Shown: in pieces, positions 34,202 through 43,826 of the stretch
How positions within the stretch are numbered: position 1 is the stretch's first letter
Layout: each line of letters opens with the position of its first letter
NCBI GenBank assembly: GCA_964386265.1
Contig: CAYLRB010000001.1
Span: forward strand, 1 to 48,845
DNA length: 48,845 nucleotides
Reading direction: 5' to 3'
Origin: an uncultured Candidatus Peribacteria bacterium
GTDB taxonomy: Bacteria > Patescibacteriota > Gracilibacteria > UBA1369 > UM-FILTER-41-14
Program-made: the position numbers and the translations under genes
The notes under the pieces: generated by a model
The model's input: only the letters and a program-made list of their open reading frames with translations
Told to the model about the DNA's origin: nothing
Database searches by the model: none

Positions 34202-35113
34202 TTAACGAGAAGCTTGAGCCTGCAATTTCTGCTCGTAATAATTATAGAGATCCAGCACCTGCTTGTTTTTTAGATAAGGGTGATAACTTCCAATATTGCG
34301 GTATTTTGTTTCTCCTAAAATTCTCGCAAATTCCCCTTTGGGTACACCATATCGATCAAGTAAAATTTTCTCAATATTCTGAGCTAAAAGATTTAGCCAA
34401 TTTCTGGCAGCTTTATCTTCACGGAGTTTGTCAGATTCATTGTTTAGTGCAATCATCGCCATAATTTTCTCACGTGTAATGCTAGCATTTAGTGCAACTC
34501 TATTATTAGATTCGTCTTGGTCTGTGTTTTTAATTAAAAGTTCTTGGTCATCTTCTATCTGATTGACTAGGTTTTCAATCAAGCTAATTAATGCATCTAA
34601 GCCAGCAAAATTCTCTTTTATTAGTGACTCCATAAGAATACCTGAGATTTTTGTCTTTGGTTTATTAAAAATTTCGGCTAATTCTTTTTGTAGTTCGGTA
34701 AGAAATTGTTTTATTAGGTGCTCCTGGAGTGCCGGATTGGTAGCGGCATCTTTTATTTGGTTTTTGAGCTCCACCAGCTCCTTTGTGATAGCCACAGTAT
34801 TTGCAATAACTTCCGGGTAGTCGCCAATTCTATTAAGTATAATTTTTGCAATATCAATTCCTCTATAACTACTATAACTAAACATATATTTCCTCAGATC
34901 CTCAGTTAAAGTATTGACTTTGTCATTTAATTGTTGTTTGGTACCTTCATCAAGCACATTCATGGCTTTGCCTCTAACATTACCTTTCATGGCTCCAATC
35001 TCACCGTCATGTTGTTTTCTTACCGTTGCAGTGCGTTCGCCAATATTCTCACCCTGTTCCACATTATTAATTGACATATAATTTGCAAATAAATTGCTCG
35101 TATTATAAATCAA
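34202..35113 (-). CDS. Hypothetical helical protein (no signal peptide, no recognised motif)
   Basis: Long ORF in the coding-dense minus strand. The track start (TTG at 35113) lies inside a near-consensus promoter, so the ATG at 35077 (MSINNVEQ...) is the more likely start. Confidence 0.6.
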   Translation of the reverse strand: MIYNTSNLFANYMSINNVEQGENIGERTATVRKQHDGEIGAMKGNVRGKAMNVLDEGTKQQLNDKVNTLTEDLRKYMFSYSSYRGIDIAKIILNRIGDYPEVIANTVAITKELVELKNQIKDAATNPALQEHLIKQFLTELQKELAEIFNKPKTKISGILMESLIKENFAGLDALISLIENLVNQIEDDQELLIKNTDQDESNNRVALNASITREKIMAMIALNNESDKLREDKAARNWLNLLAQNIEKILLDRYGVPKGEFARILGETKYRNIGSYHPYLKNKQVLDLYNYYEQKLQAQASR

Positions 35114-35129
35114 TTTAGGATTAAGTCAA
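35102..35129 (-). promoter_or_regulatory. Sigma70-like promoter (TTGACT-16-TATAAT)
   Basis: On the minus strand, the -35 ttgact is the complement of 35124-35129 and the -10 tataat is the complement of 35102-35107, with a 16-nt spacer. The adjacent palindrome agtcaaccgttgact (35124-35138) overlaps the -35. Confidence 0.5.
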
Positions 35130-35228
35130 CCGTTGACTTGACGAGTCACTATATAATGTCTTTGATGTAAATCCTGGAGGTGTACAAATAGACTTTGTGC
35201 AATGCGATGCGAGCTAGTCACCTGCGCA

Positions 35229-38200
35229 CTACAGTTCTTTCGTTTCTGCAACAACTTTGGCTGCTTCACCCCTAGTAATCGGCTTGTTAACGCCAAACTC
35301 TCCTGTCGGTTTGCCAGATTCATCCGTGTAGCCTTGCATAATGCCTTTTAAAACCGCAAAAGCGATGTATTTTTCATACCATTGGCCCGCTTCGGCATCA
35401 CTGAAATCCATTTTTCCACCAGTAATTTCACTCTCCTTAAATTGTGACAATAAGATGATTTTTGTTGCTTCAGCTCGGTTTACAATTTCGTTGGGCTTAA
35501 AAGTGTTATCGCTATAACCACTAATCCAACCTTCAGCTTTGGCGTAAGCGATGTAGTTTGCATACCAATCTTTTAGTTCAACATCGTCAAAAGGTTTAAC
35601 GGTTGCTACAGGCACAGCATCGGTCTCGCAACCTATTAAGGTTTTCACTAGCTCTGCTCTTGTAATTGAATTGTCTGGGCCAAAAATGTTCATTAAATCA
35701 CCCTTTTCATCGCGGTAACCTTCAACTTTACAGTTATAAGCTAGCTTTAGTATAAATTCTTTTGCCCAATGGTTTTCAATGTCAGTGAAATTATATTTTG
35801 AACTGGTTTTTTCTTTATCTTCTTCGTCATCAGCAGTTGTAGGATTTTCACTAGCAGTTTTAGTATCGCTATTTGAGCTTGATCGCTTCGTAATACGTGC
35901 GCCACCACCGTTTTTAAATGGTTCAGATTCTACGCGAGGGTGCTCGTCTTCACCATTACCATCCCAAAGAACATCTCCAAGTACAGCTTCGCCAAATGGT
36001 AGATCATCACCACTATCGGCAAATTCATTATCATCATTGTCGCGAATTTTAAACTCATCAGAAGCTGGAGTGCCGTCAGCAAAACGATAAGTGTTTCCGG
36101 AGTCATCATCGTTAAAGGTATTGTCCTCACCATTGTTGAATATCCAGCTATCAGCTGTAAAAATATTACTTAAAATTGTTAGTTCATCACTACCGTCAAT
36201 GTACAAAGCAAAACCCTCTAGGCTGTCAGCCATTACAACAGTGTTTCCGTTGATACCATTGGTGCCATTCTCGGGCTCTGCATATTCTTCCCTAACCCAA
36301 GGGTCGCCACCACTTGTTTCTACAGCCCACTCTGCTCCATCTTCAACATCATCACTAAATGTTTCTTCCTCGTCAATTACCAAGCTAAAGTCGTCTAAAC
36401 GAGCACTTCCGTCTATTTCCAAATTAGTATCATCTGTTACAAAACGGAACCTTGCTTGTAGTTCTTCGCCAATATATGCAGTAAGATCAATAGTTTCCTC
36501 TAGCCATTCTCCATTTGTGCTACCAGCTTCTATCTCATCGGTGGTGTTATATAGAGTTGTCCATTCGTCTGTTTCCGGATCTTGGACTTGAAACGCTAAC
36601 GAATCACAGCAATTTTCTAATTCGTAGTGAGTAAAAAAGCTAAAGCTTGCGCTTTCTTCCGCGTCAGTTAGGTCGAGTGCGCGTTTTAGATCAGTAACCG
36701 TATCGTTAGCTGTGTATTGCGCAGACCAAGCAAAATCTCCAGAATTTGCACCAGTGTAATTAAAGTCATTGTCTAAATAGTTTTGCTGAATAAACATACT
36801 ATGAGCATCAATAGCATTTTCATCTGCAGTAACTTCATTGTCGTCAATATCAAAGGCGCCAGATTTAATTACAGATATTCCGTAGTTCGCACCCTCTTCT
36901 GTAAGGCCGAAATTTGTCACTGTGTTGCCTTCAATGCTAACATCAAAAGTTGATTCTACTTCAATACCTCTTGCGCCCAAGTCAGTTAGTTCGTTGTTGG
37001 AGATGGTTGCCTCTTCGCTAAATTCGTCGATATCAATACCGCTTAATGCGATGTCGCTAACGGTGTTGCCTGATACTTCAACTGTTACGGCACCATCAAA
37101 TTCAATTCCATGCTCAGTCGTGTCGCTAATTGTATTGTCGGTAATGTTAATGTTTGTACTGTGATCTTCTGTGTCAGTGCCGTCCTCATCCGGGCTTGTG
37201 ATCGTGTTCTCGTGAACCGTAACTTGGTCTGAAGAAGCAATGTAAACGCCGTCTTCTCCTGTGTTTGAAATTACGTTATTTTCGATCGTTACATCCGAAC
37301 TACTTCTAATGTCAAAACCGTCATCTTCGATATCAAACTCATTTTCCGGATTGCCAATGATATTATCATTAGCTGTTATATCTGTAGAATTATCAAAATT
37401 GATTGCATCATCACCGTCTACATTGTAAATCGTATTGTTGCTAACAATAACTGTTGTTGTATCTTGGATTTCAAGGCCATCACCTCCTATCGTATCATCT
37501 TCAAGGCCGCCGATTTCGTTATTTGATACAGTGATATCTGAGTTGCTAGTTTCGTTGCTATCAACACGAATAGCATCATTGTTGGTACTTAAAATTACAT
37601 TGTCGTCAATTAATAGGCCATCAATATCAATTGCAATGGCACAATCGTTTGAACCTGCTGATGTATTTCCTGAAATTTCAACATCTGTAGCTTCAATTAT
37701 CTCCATGTCAGCTTCGCCAGACCTTAGAAAGTCATTATCGGTAATTGTTAGAATGTCAATTCCATTAACATAGACGCTATCAAGATTTGTATCGGTAAAT
37801 GTATTGCCTGTTACCGTTATGTCTGAAGAATCTAGTATGACAACTGATCTGTCAGTTAATGCTGTGAAAGTTGAGTTCGAAATGGTGCTGTCACTAAAAT
37901 TTTCTGCTTGTATACCAAGTGCTGTTGTTGCAAATGTTACGTTGTCGATTGTTGACTCGCTTACGTCGGAAATAATTATCCCTGCACTGAAATTATTAAA
38001 CCCCAAGTTTTCTATTCTAATGCCTGTATATGGATCTTCGGGGTCGCCATCTATTGAAATCCCATGTGCCTCAGGGTCTCCAGCTAGTGTTAGCGCAAAG
38101 CCAGCACCGTTAAGTTCTACGTCACTTGCTGCAATAGTTATACAAGCCGTATCAGCCTCTAGATCTTCCCCTATATCAGTGTCTAAAATATACTCTCCAG

Positions 38201-38348
38201 CTTCATCAATTATGCCGCACGCATCTATAACGGTTTCACTTTCGGCTTTTACTAGATTGATACTTGGCCAAATGTTAATCGCTAAGATGGCAAAAATTAT
38301 AAAAAAAGACAGCTTAAAACCATAGTTATTAAATTTTTTGTTATACAT
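35229..38348 (-). CDS. Secreted parallel beta-helix (PbH1/NosD-like) surface protein with MAM-like jelly-roll and three C-terminal SLH domains
   Basis: - Signal peptide FKLSFFIIFAILAINIWPSINLVKAES.
- Many ~22-aa PbH1-type repeats (NNTIYNVDGDDAINFDNSTDITANDNII, ENNVISNTGEDGVYIASSDQVTVHENTI, and others).
- A MAM-like block (ASFSFFTHYELENCCDSLAFQVQ...GEWLEETIDLTAYIGEELQARFRFVTDD...ARLDDFSL).
- Three clear SLH domains (FTDIENHWAKEFILKL...ITRAELVKTLI; FDDVELKDWYANYIAYAKAEGWISGY...VNRAEATKIILL; FSDAEAGQWYEKYIAFAVLKGIMQGY...ITRGEAAKVVA). Confidence 0.9.
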   Translation of the reverse strand: MYNKKFNNYGFKLSFFIIFAILAINIWPSINLVKAESETVIDACGIIDEAGEYILDTDIGEDLEADTACITIAASDVELNGAGFALTLAGDPEAHGISIDGDPEDPYTGIRIENLGFNNFSAGIIISDVSESTIDNVTFATTALGIQAENFSDSTISNSTFTALTDRSVVILDSSDITVTGNTFTDTNLDSVYVNGIDILTITDNDFLRSGEADMEIIEATDVEISGNTSAGSNDCAIAIDIDGLLIDDNVILSTNNDAIRVDSNETSNSDITVSNNEIGGLEDDTIGGDGLEIQDTTTVIVSNNTIYNVDGDDAINFDNSTDITANDNIIGNPENEFDIEDDGFDIRSSSDVTIENNVISNTGEDGVYIASSDQVTVHENTITSPDEDGTDTEDHSTNINITDNTISDTTEHGIEFDGAVTVEVSGNTVSDIALSGIDIDEFSEEATISNNELTDLGARGIEVESTFDVSIEGNTVTNFGLTEEGANYGISVIKSGAFDIDDNEVTADENAIDAHSMFIQQNYLDNDFNYTGANSGDFAWSAQYTANDTVTDLKRALDLTDAEESASFSFFTHYELENCCDSLAFQVQDPETDEWTTLYNTTDEIEAGSTNGEWLEETIDLTAYIGEELQARFRFVTDDTNLEIDGSARLDDFSLVIDEEETFSDDVEDGAEWAVETSGGDPWVREEYAEPENGTNGINGNTVVMADSLEGFALYIDGSDELTILSNIFTADSWIFNNGEDNTFNDDDSGNTYRFADGTPASDEFKIRDNDDNEFADSGDDLPFGEAVLGDVLWDGNGEDEHPRVESEPFKNGGGARITKRSSSNSDTKTASENPTTADDEEDKEKTSSKYNFTDIENHWAKEFILKLAYNCKVEGYRDEKGDLMNIFGPDNSITRAELVKTLIGCETDAVPVATVKPFDDVELKDWYANYIAYAKAEGWISGYSDNTFKPNEIVNRAEATKIILLSQFKESEITGGKMDFSDAEAGQWYEKYIAFAVLKGIMQGYTDESGKPTGEFGVNKPITRGEAAKVVAETKEL

Positions 38349-38503
38349 TTTTTTTATTAAAGTCTTTGAATTAACTATGAAATAAATTTAATAGGCTTGC
38401 AACCTTACTAACTGTAGCCATGGTATGGTTTTTGTTTTTCGCAATATCACTTCCGTTTTTTGTTAAATTGTGGTAAAATAAAACGATTTGTTAATTTTGC
38501 TAA

Positions 38504-39589
38504 ATGAAAACCGCAAACCCATTTTTTCTCCATCTGCTACTTATGGTTTTTGGTGTAGCTGTCGCAGTTTGCGGTGGTCTACAATTGAATTTTATTCAGG
38601 CCAATCTGCTAAGTGAAAGTGTATATGCAAATAGTGTTGCAAGGCCAGCTCAGGAAGCTGTAGTCGATTATAGCCTTATTTGCCCAATTACAGCGCAAGA
38701 TAAGATTAATTATGGGTTTGAAACCGTTGCAGATCATATCACTTTGAATTTGCTTCCCGGAGAAAAATTTTCAATTCCACTTCAACTTAAAAATACTGGC
38801 TATACAGCTTGGTGTGGTGACAAAACTTACGCTAAAATCGGCGATTTAAACAATGACTACTATTTAAGACTAAGTACTGAGGACGATTTAGTAAGTCCAA
38901 TTTTTAATGATAATCGTATTAGTCTAAATACAGATGGTGTTGTTTATAGTGGAGAAACCGGAACTTTTGTATTAGAAGGAACAGCCCCGCTTGCAAAAGG
39001 TATCTATCGCGAAAAGCTACATCCGGTAGTTGAAGGATTAACGCATTTTAATGACCTGCAAGTTACGGTCGATTTTGCTGTTGAAGCAACACCTGAAGAT
39101 TATCAAAAATTGGAAATGTTAAAAGGGAGAGGGTCAACAGTTGGTTTTGAATTAAGCGATCCATTAAGAGTTATCGTCAACTTAAATGAGCCAAAGATGT
39201 ACGTGTACAAAGGCCAACAGTTACTACACGAATTTATTGTTAGTCCCGGCGCTTGGGATACGCCTACGCCAGTTGGTGTGTATTCTATATATAACAAACA
39301 GGAATTAAGAATTGGCAGTAAATATCCTCACTACAGAATGCCGCAATGGGTGGGTTTGAAAGATCAATATGGTCGCTTTAGAGGATATGGGCTACATGCA
39401 TTACCGTACTTAGGAGAAAAAAGAGAAAATAGCTATTTCTGGAAAGAAGCAGTCAGCCATTTAGGCACTTTTGTAAGTCATGGCTGTGTGCGAATGGGGG
39501 ATGATAATGCAGTTTGGCTTTGGAACTTAATCGATCCAGAAAATACAACTGTACAAATTGTTAAAGGTTTAGAAAACGTAACAATATAA
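38504..39589 (+). CDS. L,D-transpeptidase (YkuD domain) with N-terminal anchor and Ig-like spacer
   Basis: Catalytic motif GYGLHALP...VSHGCVRM near the C-terminus and an N-terminal TM (FFLHLLLMVFGVAVAVCGGL). A possible extended -10 element (tggtaaaat) lies at 38471-38479. Confidence 0.85.
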   Translation: MKTANPFFLHLLLMVFGVAVAVCGGLQLNFIQANLLSESVYANSVARPAQEAVVDYSLICPITAQDKINYGFETVADHITLNLLPGEKFSIPLQLKNTGYTAWCGDKTYAKIGDLNNDYYLRLSTEDDLVSPIFNDNRISLNTDGVVYSGETGTFVLEGTAPLAKGIYREKLHPVVEGLTHFNDLQVTVDFAVEATPEDYQKLEMLKGRGSTVGFELSDPLRVIVNLNEPKMYVYKGQQLLHEFIVSPGAWDTPTPVGVYSIYNKQELRIGSKYPHYRMPQWVGLKDQYGRFRGYGLHALPYLGEKRENSYFWKEAVSHLGTFVSHGCVRMGDDNAVWLWNLIDPENTTVQIVKGLENVTI

Positions 39590-39593
39590 TGTA

Positions 39594-40976
39594 ATGGGAG
39601 ATTTGCATGCTTCTAATGAGCCTTTGTACGAAGAGCCAGAAGTTAACCTGTCAAACACGGAGCTTGTTTTAGATCGTTACAAAAACAATGTAAAAATACG
39701 TAAAACGGATCTTGAAAGTATCAAGGAAAATAATGCAGACTTGTATCAAGAAATTGTTAGTAAGCAAGAACGGTGCGAATTACAGCTAGATATTACGCTT
39801 AAAAATCTAGAGGGGTTGCAGAAAAATGCTTACAGTCTGCGAGGTCAAAATCCCAATAAGTATTATAAAGATCTGGAAGCCGCATATTTAAGTGTAGACA
39901 ATATATTAGAAAATATGCCAATGGCTAACTTGTTTCAACACAGTTTGGTCCAGCGGCTTTGGGAGCAGCCAGATAGTAAGATATCAGGCTTGAAAGCTTT
40001 AAAAGGGAGAGTTGCATCTGAAATTAGCGCAGCCCTCGATAAGTTTAATATTCCGATGCGACTACTAGATTTAGCAGTGGGCTCAGAAAAAGGAACTCTT
40101 AGGATTAATCAACAAGAGTTTGCAAGCGGGTTTGTCCATGGTTTGGGTGCAGAAATTGGAGATTTTTATGAATTTTTTGCAGAACTCGGTAAGAATCCAA
40201 TGGTAGTGTTAGAGCAAATTAAAAATACTATTGTTGAAATTGATGGGGTTGTTGTGAACTTATATGAATACCTAGTTGATGAAACAAGTAAAATTATGCA
40301 ACGCGCAGAAGCAACGGATGGGGAGAGTATACCTTTTGATATTGGACATTTTTATGGACGCATGTTGCCTTACGTTTTTGGAGCATATGCCAAATTGCCG
40401 CAAGTTGGATATAAGGGGAAAATGATGATCACTTTTGGAAGAGTGGCGCTAGCTCAATATGTGGCAAAGGCACCTATTAACGTACAAAAGGCATATAAGC
40501 TTTGCAGAACTTTAAAAATTTATGGGAAGCCTGTCGCGCGTACAGCAATGGCAACGGGTGGTGTATTGGCGAAAGGAGAGCAAGTTTACGATCTAGGAGA
40601 CAGTTCTGTTGATATTAATCCTAGGCAGTTATTGGAAACACTTGATCCAATCAAGTTAACTGAAATGTTAAGATTACAGTTCCCGCTGTCATCTCCTATT
40701 TTAGGTCGCAAATGGACAGCATTAATTGTTACAAAGTTGGAATCAGCGGCAAATAGTAGTTTGTCGGATGGAAAATTTAATGAACTATTAGCTCAACTTT
40801 TGGGTTTAAATTCTCTATTAAAAAACAATCAGCCCGGAAATTTTGATATTCTAAAAAGCGAAATTCCTGATACGGCAAATTTACTTAAATCTACTTTGAG
40901 ACAGGCGGCTTTAGATGCAAATATTCTTGATAGTGATCCCGAGGTGACCAAAATTTTAGCGGCAATTGGTAACTAA
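39594..40976 (+). CDS. Hypothetical protein, 460 aa (no signal peptide, no recognised motif)
   Basis: Uninterrupted ORF starting 4 nt after the L,D-transpeptidase stop, which suggests co-transcription. Confidence 0.65.
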   Translation: MGDLHASNEPLYEEPEVNLSNTELVLDRYKNNVKIRKTDLESIKENNADLYQEIVSKQERCELQLDITLKNLEGLQKNAYSLRGQNPNKYYKDLEAAYLSVDNILENMPMANLFQHSLVQRLWEQPDSKISGLKALKGRVASEISAALDKFNIPMRLLDLAVGSEKGTLRINQQEFASGFVHGLGAEIGDFYEFFAELGKNPMVVLEQIKNTIVEIDGVVVNLYEYLVDETSKIMQRAEATDGESIPFDIGHFYGRMLPYVFGAYAKLPQVGYKGKMMITFGRVALAQYVAKAPINVQKAYKLCRTLKIYGKPVARTAMATGGVLAKGEQVYDLGDSSVDINPRQLLETLDPIKLTEMLRLQFPLSSPILGRKWTALIVTKLESAANSSLSDGKFNELLAQLLGLNSLLKNNQPGNFDILKSEIPDTANLLKSTLRQAALDANILDSDPEVTKILAAIGN

Positions 40977-41063
40977 TAGTGGGTTTTGATTTTAAGTTAA
41001 AATCTGCTTGGCCATTTTCCTAAACTGGAGTATTTTAAAAATCCAATTTAGCTTAATTTTTGG

Positions 41064-43232
41064 ATGACAGATTTGCTACAATCACTTAACGATAAACAAC
41101 AGGAAGCTGTATTAACAACAGAAGGTCCTGTCTTAGTGGTTGCCGGTGCAGGTAGTGGCAAGACTAAAGCTCTGACGCATAGAATTGCCTATTTGGTAGG
41201 CGAAAAACAGGTGTTGCCTAGTCAGATTTTGGCTGTGACATTCACAAACAAAGCCGCTGGTGAGATGAAAGAACGGATTGCTAAATTGTTGGGCACAAAT
41301 TCAGTTAGTCAACTTCCACTTGTTGGAACTTTTCATTCAATTTGTGTGAGGTTGCTACGTAAACATATTCATCTATTAGATTACGATAATAGCTTTGTAA
41401 TCTATGATTCAGCTGATCAACAAATTTTGGTTAAACGTATACTCAAAGAGTTAAATGTTGATGAGAAAAAGTTCGCTCCAAAAGCAATTTTGGCCCATAT
41501 TTCGGAAGCTAAAAATCACTTAATTACGCCAGATCAGTATCAGACACATGCTGTAAATTATTTTACGGACAAAGTCTCGCAAGTTTATGTGCGTTATCAG
41601 GCGGAGTTAGCTAAGAACAATGCACTCGATTTTGATGATCTATTAATGAAAACTGTAGAGTTATTAGAGACCCAATCAGAAGTTTTAACACATTACCAGG
41701 AGCGATTTCGTTACATCTGTGTTGATGAGTATCAAGATACAAATCAGGCTCAGTACTACATAATAAAAATGCTAGCCGCTAAATATCGCAATCTTTGCGT
41801 GATTGGTGATAGTGATCAAAGTATATACAGTTGGCGAGGCGCAAATATGCAAAATATTTTAGATTTCGAGAAAGATTATCCAGAAGCAAAAGTTGTTGTT
41901 TTGGAGCAAAATTACCGATCTACAAAAAAAATTCTAGCTGCTGCTGACAACGTGATTAGTAAAAATGTTAAGCGCCGCAGCAAGACTCTATGGACAGATA
42001 ATGAAGCCGGTTCGGACATCAAGTTGCACGAAGCATATAACGAAAGAGAAGAGGCAATGTATATCGTTGACCAAATTCAGCGTGAACTTTATGCATCAGA
42101 AGCACCGCAGTATCGGGATTTTGCAGTTTTATACCGAACAAATGCACAATCAAGGGTAATTGAGGAAGCGATGATTAGGCATGGTATACCATACAGAATC
42201 GTTGGTGGCATCAAGTTTTACGAGCGTAAAGAGATCAAAGATCTACTCGCCTACCTTAGACTAGTTCATAACAGTCAAGACAGCGTGGCTTTAGCAAGAA
42301 TTATTAATGTACCAACTCGTGGAATCGGCGCCAAAAGTTTAGAAAAAATTCAGAACTTAAGCTTGAGTTACGGAATTTCAGCTTTTGCGGTTATGGAAAG
42401 GTTAGATCAGTTAAATGCTGACATAACAGGAAAAGCGCAAAGAGAAATGCAGAATTTCGTAAAACTTATTCACGGACTAAAAGCAAAAAATCATACCGAA
42501 AAAGCCTCGGCAATTATTAAGTATGTAATTGAAACAAGCGGATACAAAGAATATTTACTATCAGAGGGGCAGGAAGTTGGAGAATCACGCATTGAAAATA
42601 TTCGAGAGTTGATTTCGGTTGCCAGTAAGTATGACAGCCTTGATCCAGGCGTTTCCTTAGCTGTCTTCTTGGAAGAAGTAGCACTAATTGCCGATACAGA
42701 TAATATTGATCAAACGGACAACTCTGTAACTCTAATGACGATCCACGCCGCAAAAGGTTTGGAATTTAAGCATGTTTTCCTGATCGGTTTAGAAGAGGGT
42801 ATATTCCCTCACTCCCGTAGTCTATTAGATCCTGAACAGTTCGAAGAAGAGCGAAGGTTAATGTATGTTGGTATTACAAGAGCAGAAGAAGTGTTGCACC
42901 TAACACATTCACGGCAAAGAATGCTTTATGGAGAAACAAAAGCCAACAATCCGTCACCCTTTTTAATGGATATTGACCCTGAATTGTATGGTGTTAAAAG
43001 TTTTGAGCGTAGTCATACGGACATTGAGTATCGTCCTATCCCAGACGAGAGCTTTGGCATACCACAGTTGCAGCCTGGCCAGTTGGTAAAACACGATAAA
43101 TTCGGCGAAGGGCGTGTAATCGGGGTTGCTGGTGGTGTTGTAACTGTAGCATTTGCCGACCCTAGAGTTGGGGTTAAAAAGCTGGCTTTAAGCGTAGCCA
43201 AACTAGTACCAATGGAAGATTGGGGATTCTAG
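41064..43232 (+). CDS. pcrA: ATP-dependent DNA helicase PcrA/UvrD (SF1A)
   Basis: All SF1 motifs appear in order: AGAGSGKT (I), TFTNKAA (Ia), VDEYQDTN (II), GDSDQSIYSWRGA (III), YRS (IV), TIHAAKGLEF (V) and VGITRA (VI). Confidence 0.93.
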   Translation: MTDLLQSLNDKQQEAVLTTEGPVLVVAGAGSGKTKALTHRIAYLVGEKQVLPSQILAVTFTNKAAGEMKERIAKLLGTNSVSQLPLVGTFHSICVRLLRKHIHLLDYDNSFVIYDSADQQILVKRILKELNVDEKKFAPKAILAHISEAKNHLITPDQYQTHAVNYFTDKVSQVYVRYQAELAKNNALDFDDLLMKTVELLETQSEVLTHYQERFRYICVDEYQDTNQAQYYIIKMLAAKYRNLCVIGDSDQSIYSWRGANMQNILDFEKDYPEAKVVVLEQNYRSTKKILAAADNVISKNVKRRSKTLWTDNEAGSDIKLHEAYNEREEAMYIVDQIQRELYASEAPQYRDFAVLYRTNAQSRVIEEAMIRHGIPYRIVGGIKFYERKEIKDLLAYLRLVHNSQDSVALARIINVPTRGIGAKSLEKIQNLSLSYGISAFAVMERLDQLNADITGKAQREMQNFVKLIHGLKAKNHTEKASAIIKYVIETSGYKEYLLSEGQEVGESRIENIRELISVASKYDSLDPGVSLAVFLEEVALIADTDNIDQTDNSVTLMTIHAAKGLEFKHVFLIGLEEGIFPHSRSLLDPEQFEEERRLMYVGITRAEEVLHLTHSRQRMLYGETKANNPSPFLMDIDPELYGVKSFERSHTDIEYRPIPDESFGIPQLQPGQLVKHDKFGEGRVIGVAGGVVTVAFADPRVGVKKLALSVAKLVPMEDWGF

Positions 43233-43314
43233 ATGCGGGATATTTATCGCTAACACATTTATTGACTTTCCAGAGGACTATATCGTATAATAAAAATACG
43301 TAATACCGTACGCT

Positions 43315-43557
43315 ATGGATAGTGTAAATGTGACTAGTGCCCGCAAAAATCTATATAAACTTGTGCAACAGGTAGTGTTATTTAATGAGCCTGTTCAAAT
43401 TAACGGCAAAGATGGTGCGGCAGTCATGATTTCATTGGAAGACTGGCGCGCTATTGAGGAAACAATATTTTTGAATCAAATTCCTGGTATGGCTCAGTCA
43501 ATTAAAAAAGGGTTAGCAATGCCAATTGAAAATTGTTCAGAGGAATTAACTTGGTAG
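43315..43557 (+). CDS. yefM: Phd/YefM-family antitoxin
   Basis: SARKNLYKLVQQV...PVQINGKDGAAVMISLEDWRAIEETIFL matches the YefM pattern. It sits 4 nt upstream of the YoeB-like gene. Confidence 0.85.
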   Translation: MDSVNVTSARKNLYKLVQQVVLFNEPVQINGKDGAAVMISLEDWRAIEETIFLNQIPGMAQSIKKGLAMPIENCSEELTW

Positions 43558-43561
43558 CTTT

Positions 43562-43822
43562 ATGTATCAACTGATTTACACAAAACAGGCTCTTAAAGAT
43601 GCAAAAAAAGCTGTAGCAGCAGGTTTAAAAACCAAAATTCAAAAACTTTTGGATATAGTCCGAATAGACCCATTAAGTACACCGCCAGCTTGTGAAAAAT
43701 TGGTTGGCAACTTGGCCGGTGCTTTTTCACGGCGCATCAATATTCAGCACCGTCTAGTATATCAAGTTTATGAGGACATAAAAGTTGTAAAAGTTCTTAG
43801 GATGTGGACACATTATGAGTAA
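43562..43822 (+). CDS. yoeB: Txe/YoeB-family toxin (mRNA interferase)
   Basis: The C-terminus FSRRINIQHRLVYQVYEDIKVVKVLRMWTHYE carries the YoeB signature (SRRI..HRLVY...HY). Confidence 0.88.
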   Translation: MYQLIYTKQALKDAKKAVAAGLKTKIQKLLDIVRIDPLSTPPACEKLVGNLAGAFSRRINIQHRLVYQVYEDIKVVKVLRMWTHYE

Positions 43823-43826
43823 TCCT

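Noticed and set aside
36091-38325. Plus-strand ORFs of 166, 80, 112 and 173 aa, all Ser-rich.
   Set aside because: They are antisense to the beta-helix/SLH gene. Their Ser/Val/Ile-rich composition mirrors the D/T/N/E-rich repeats on the coding strand.
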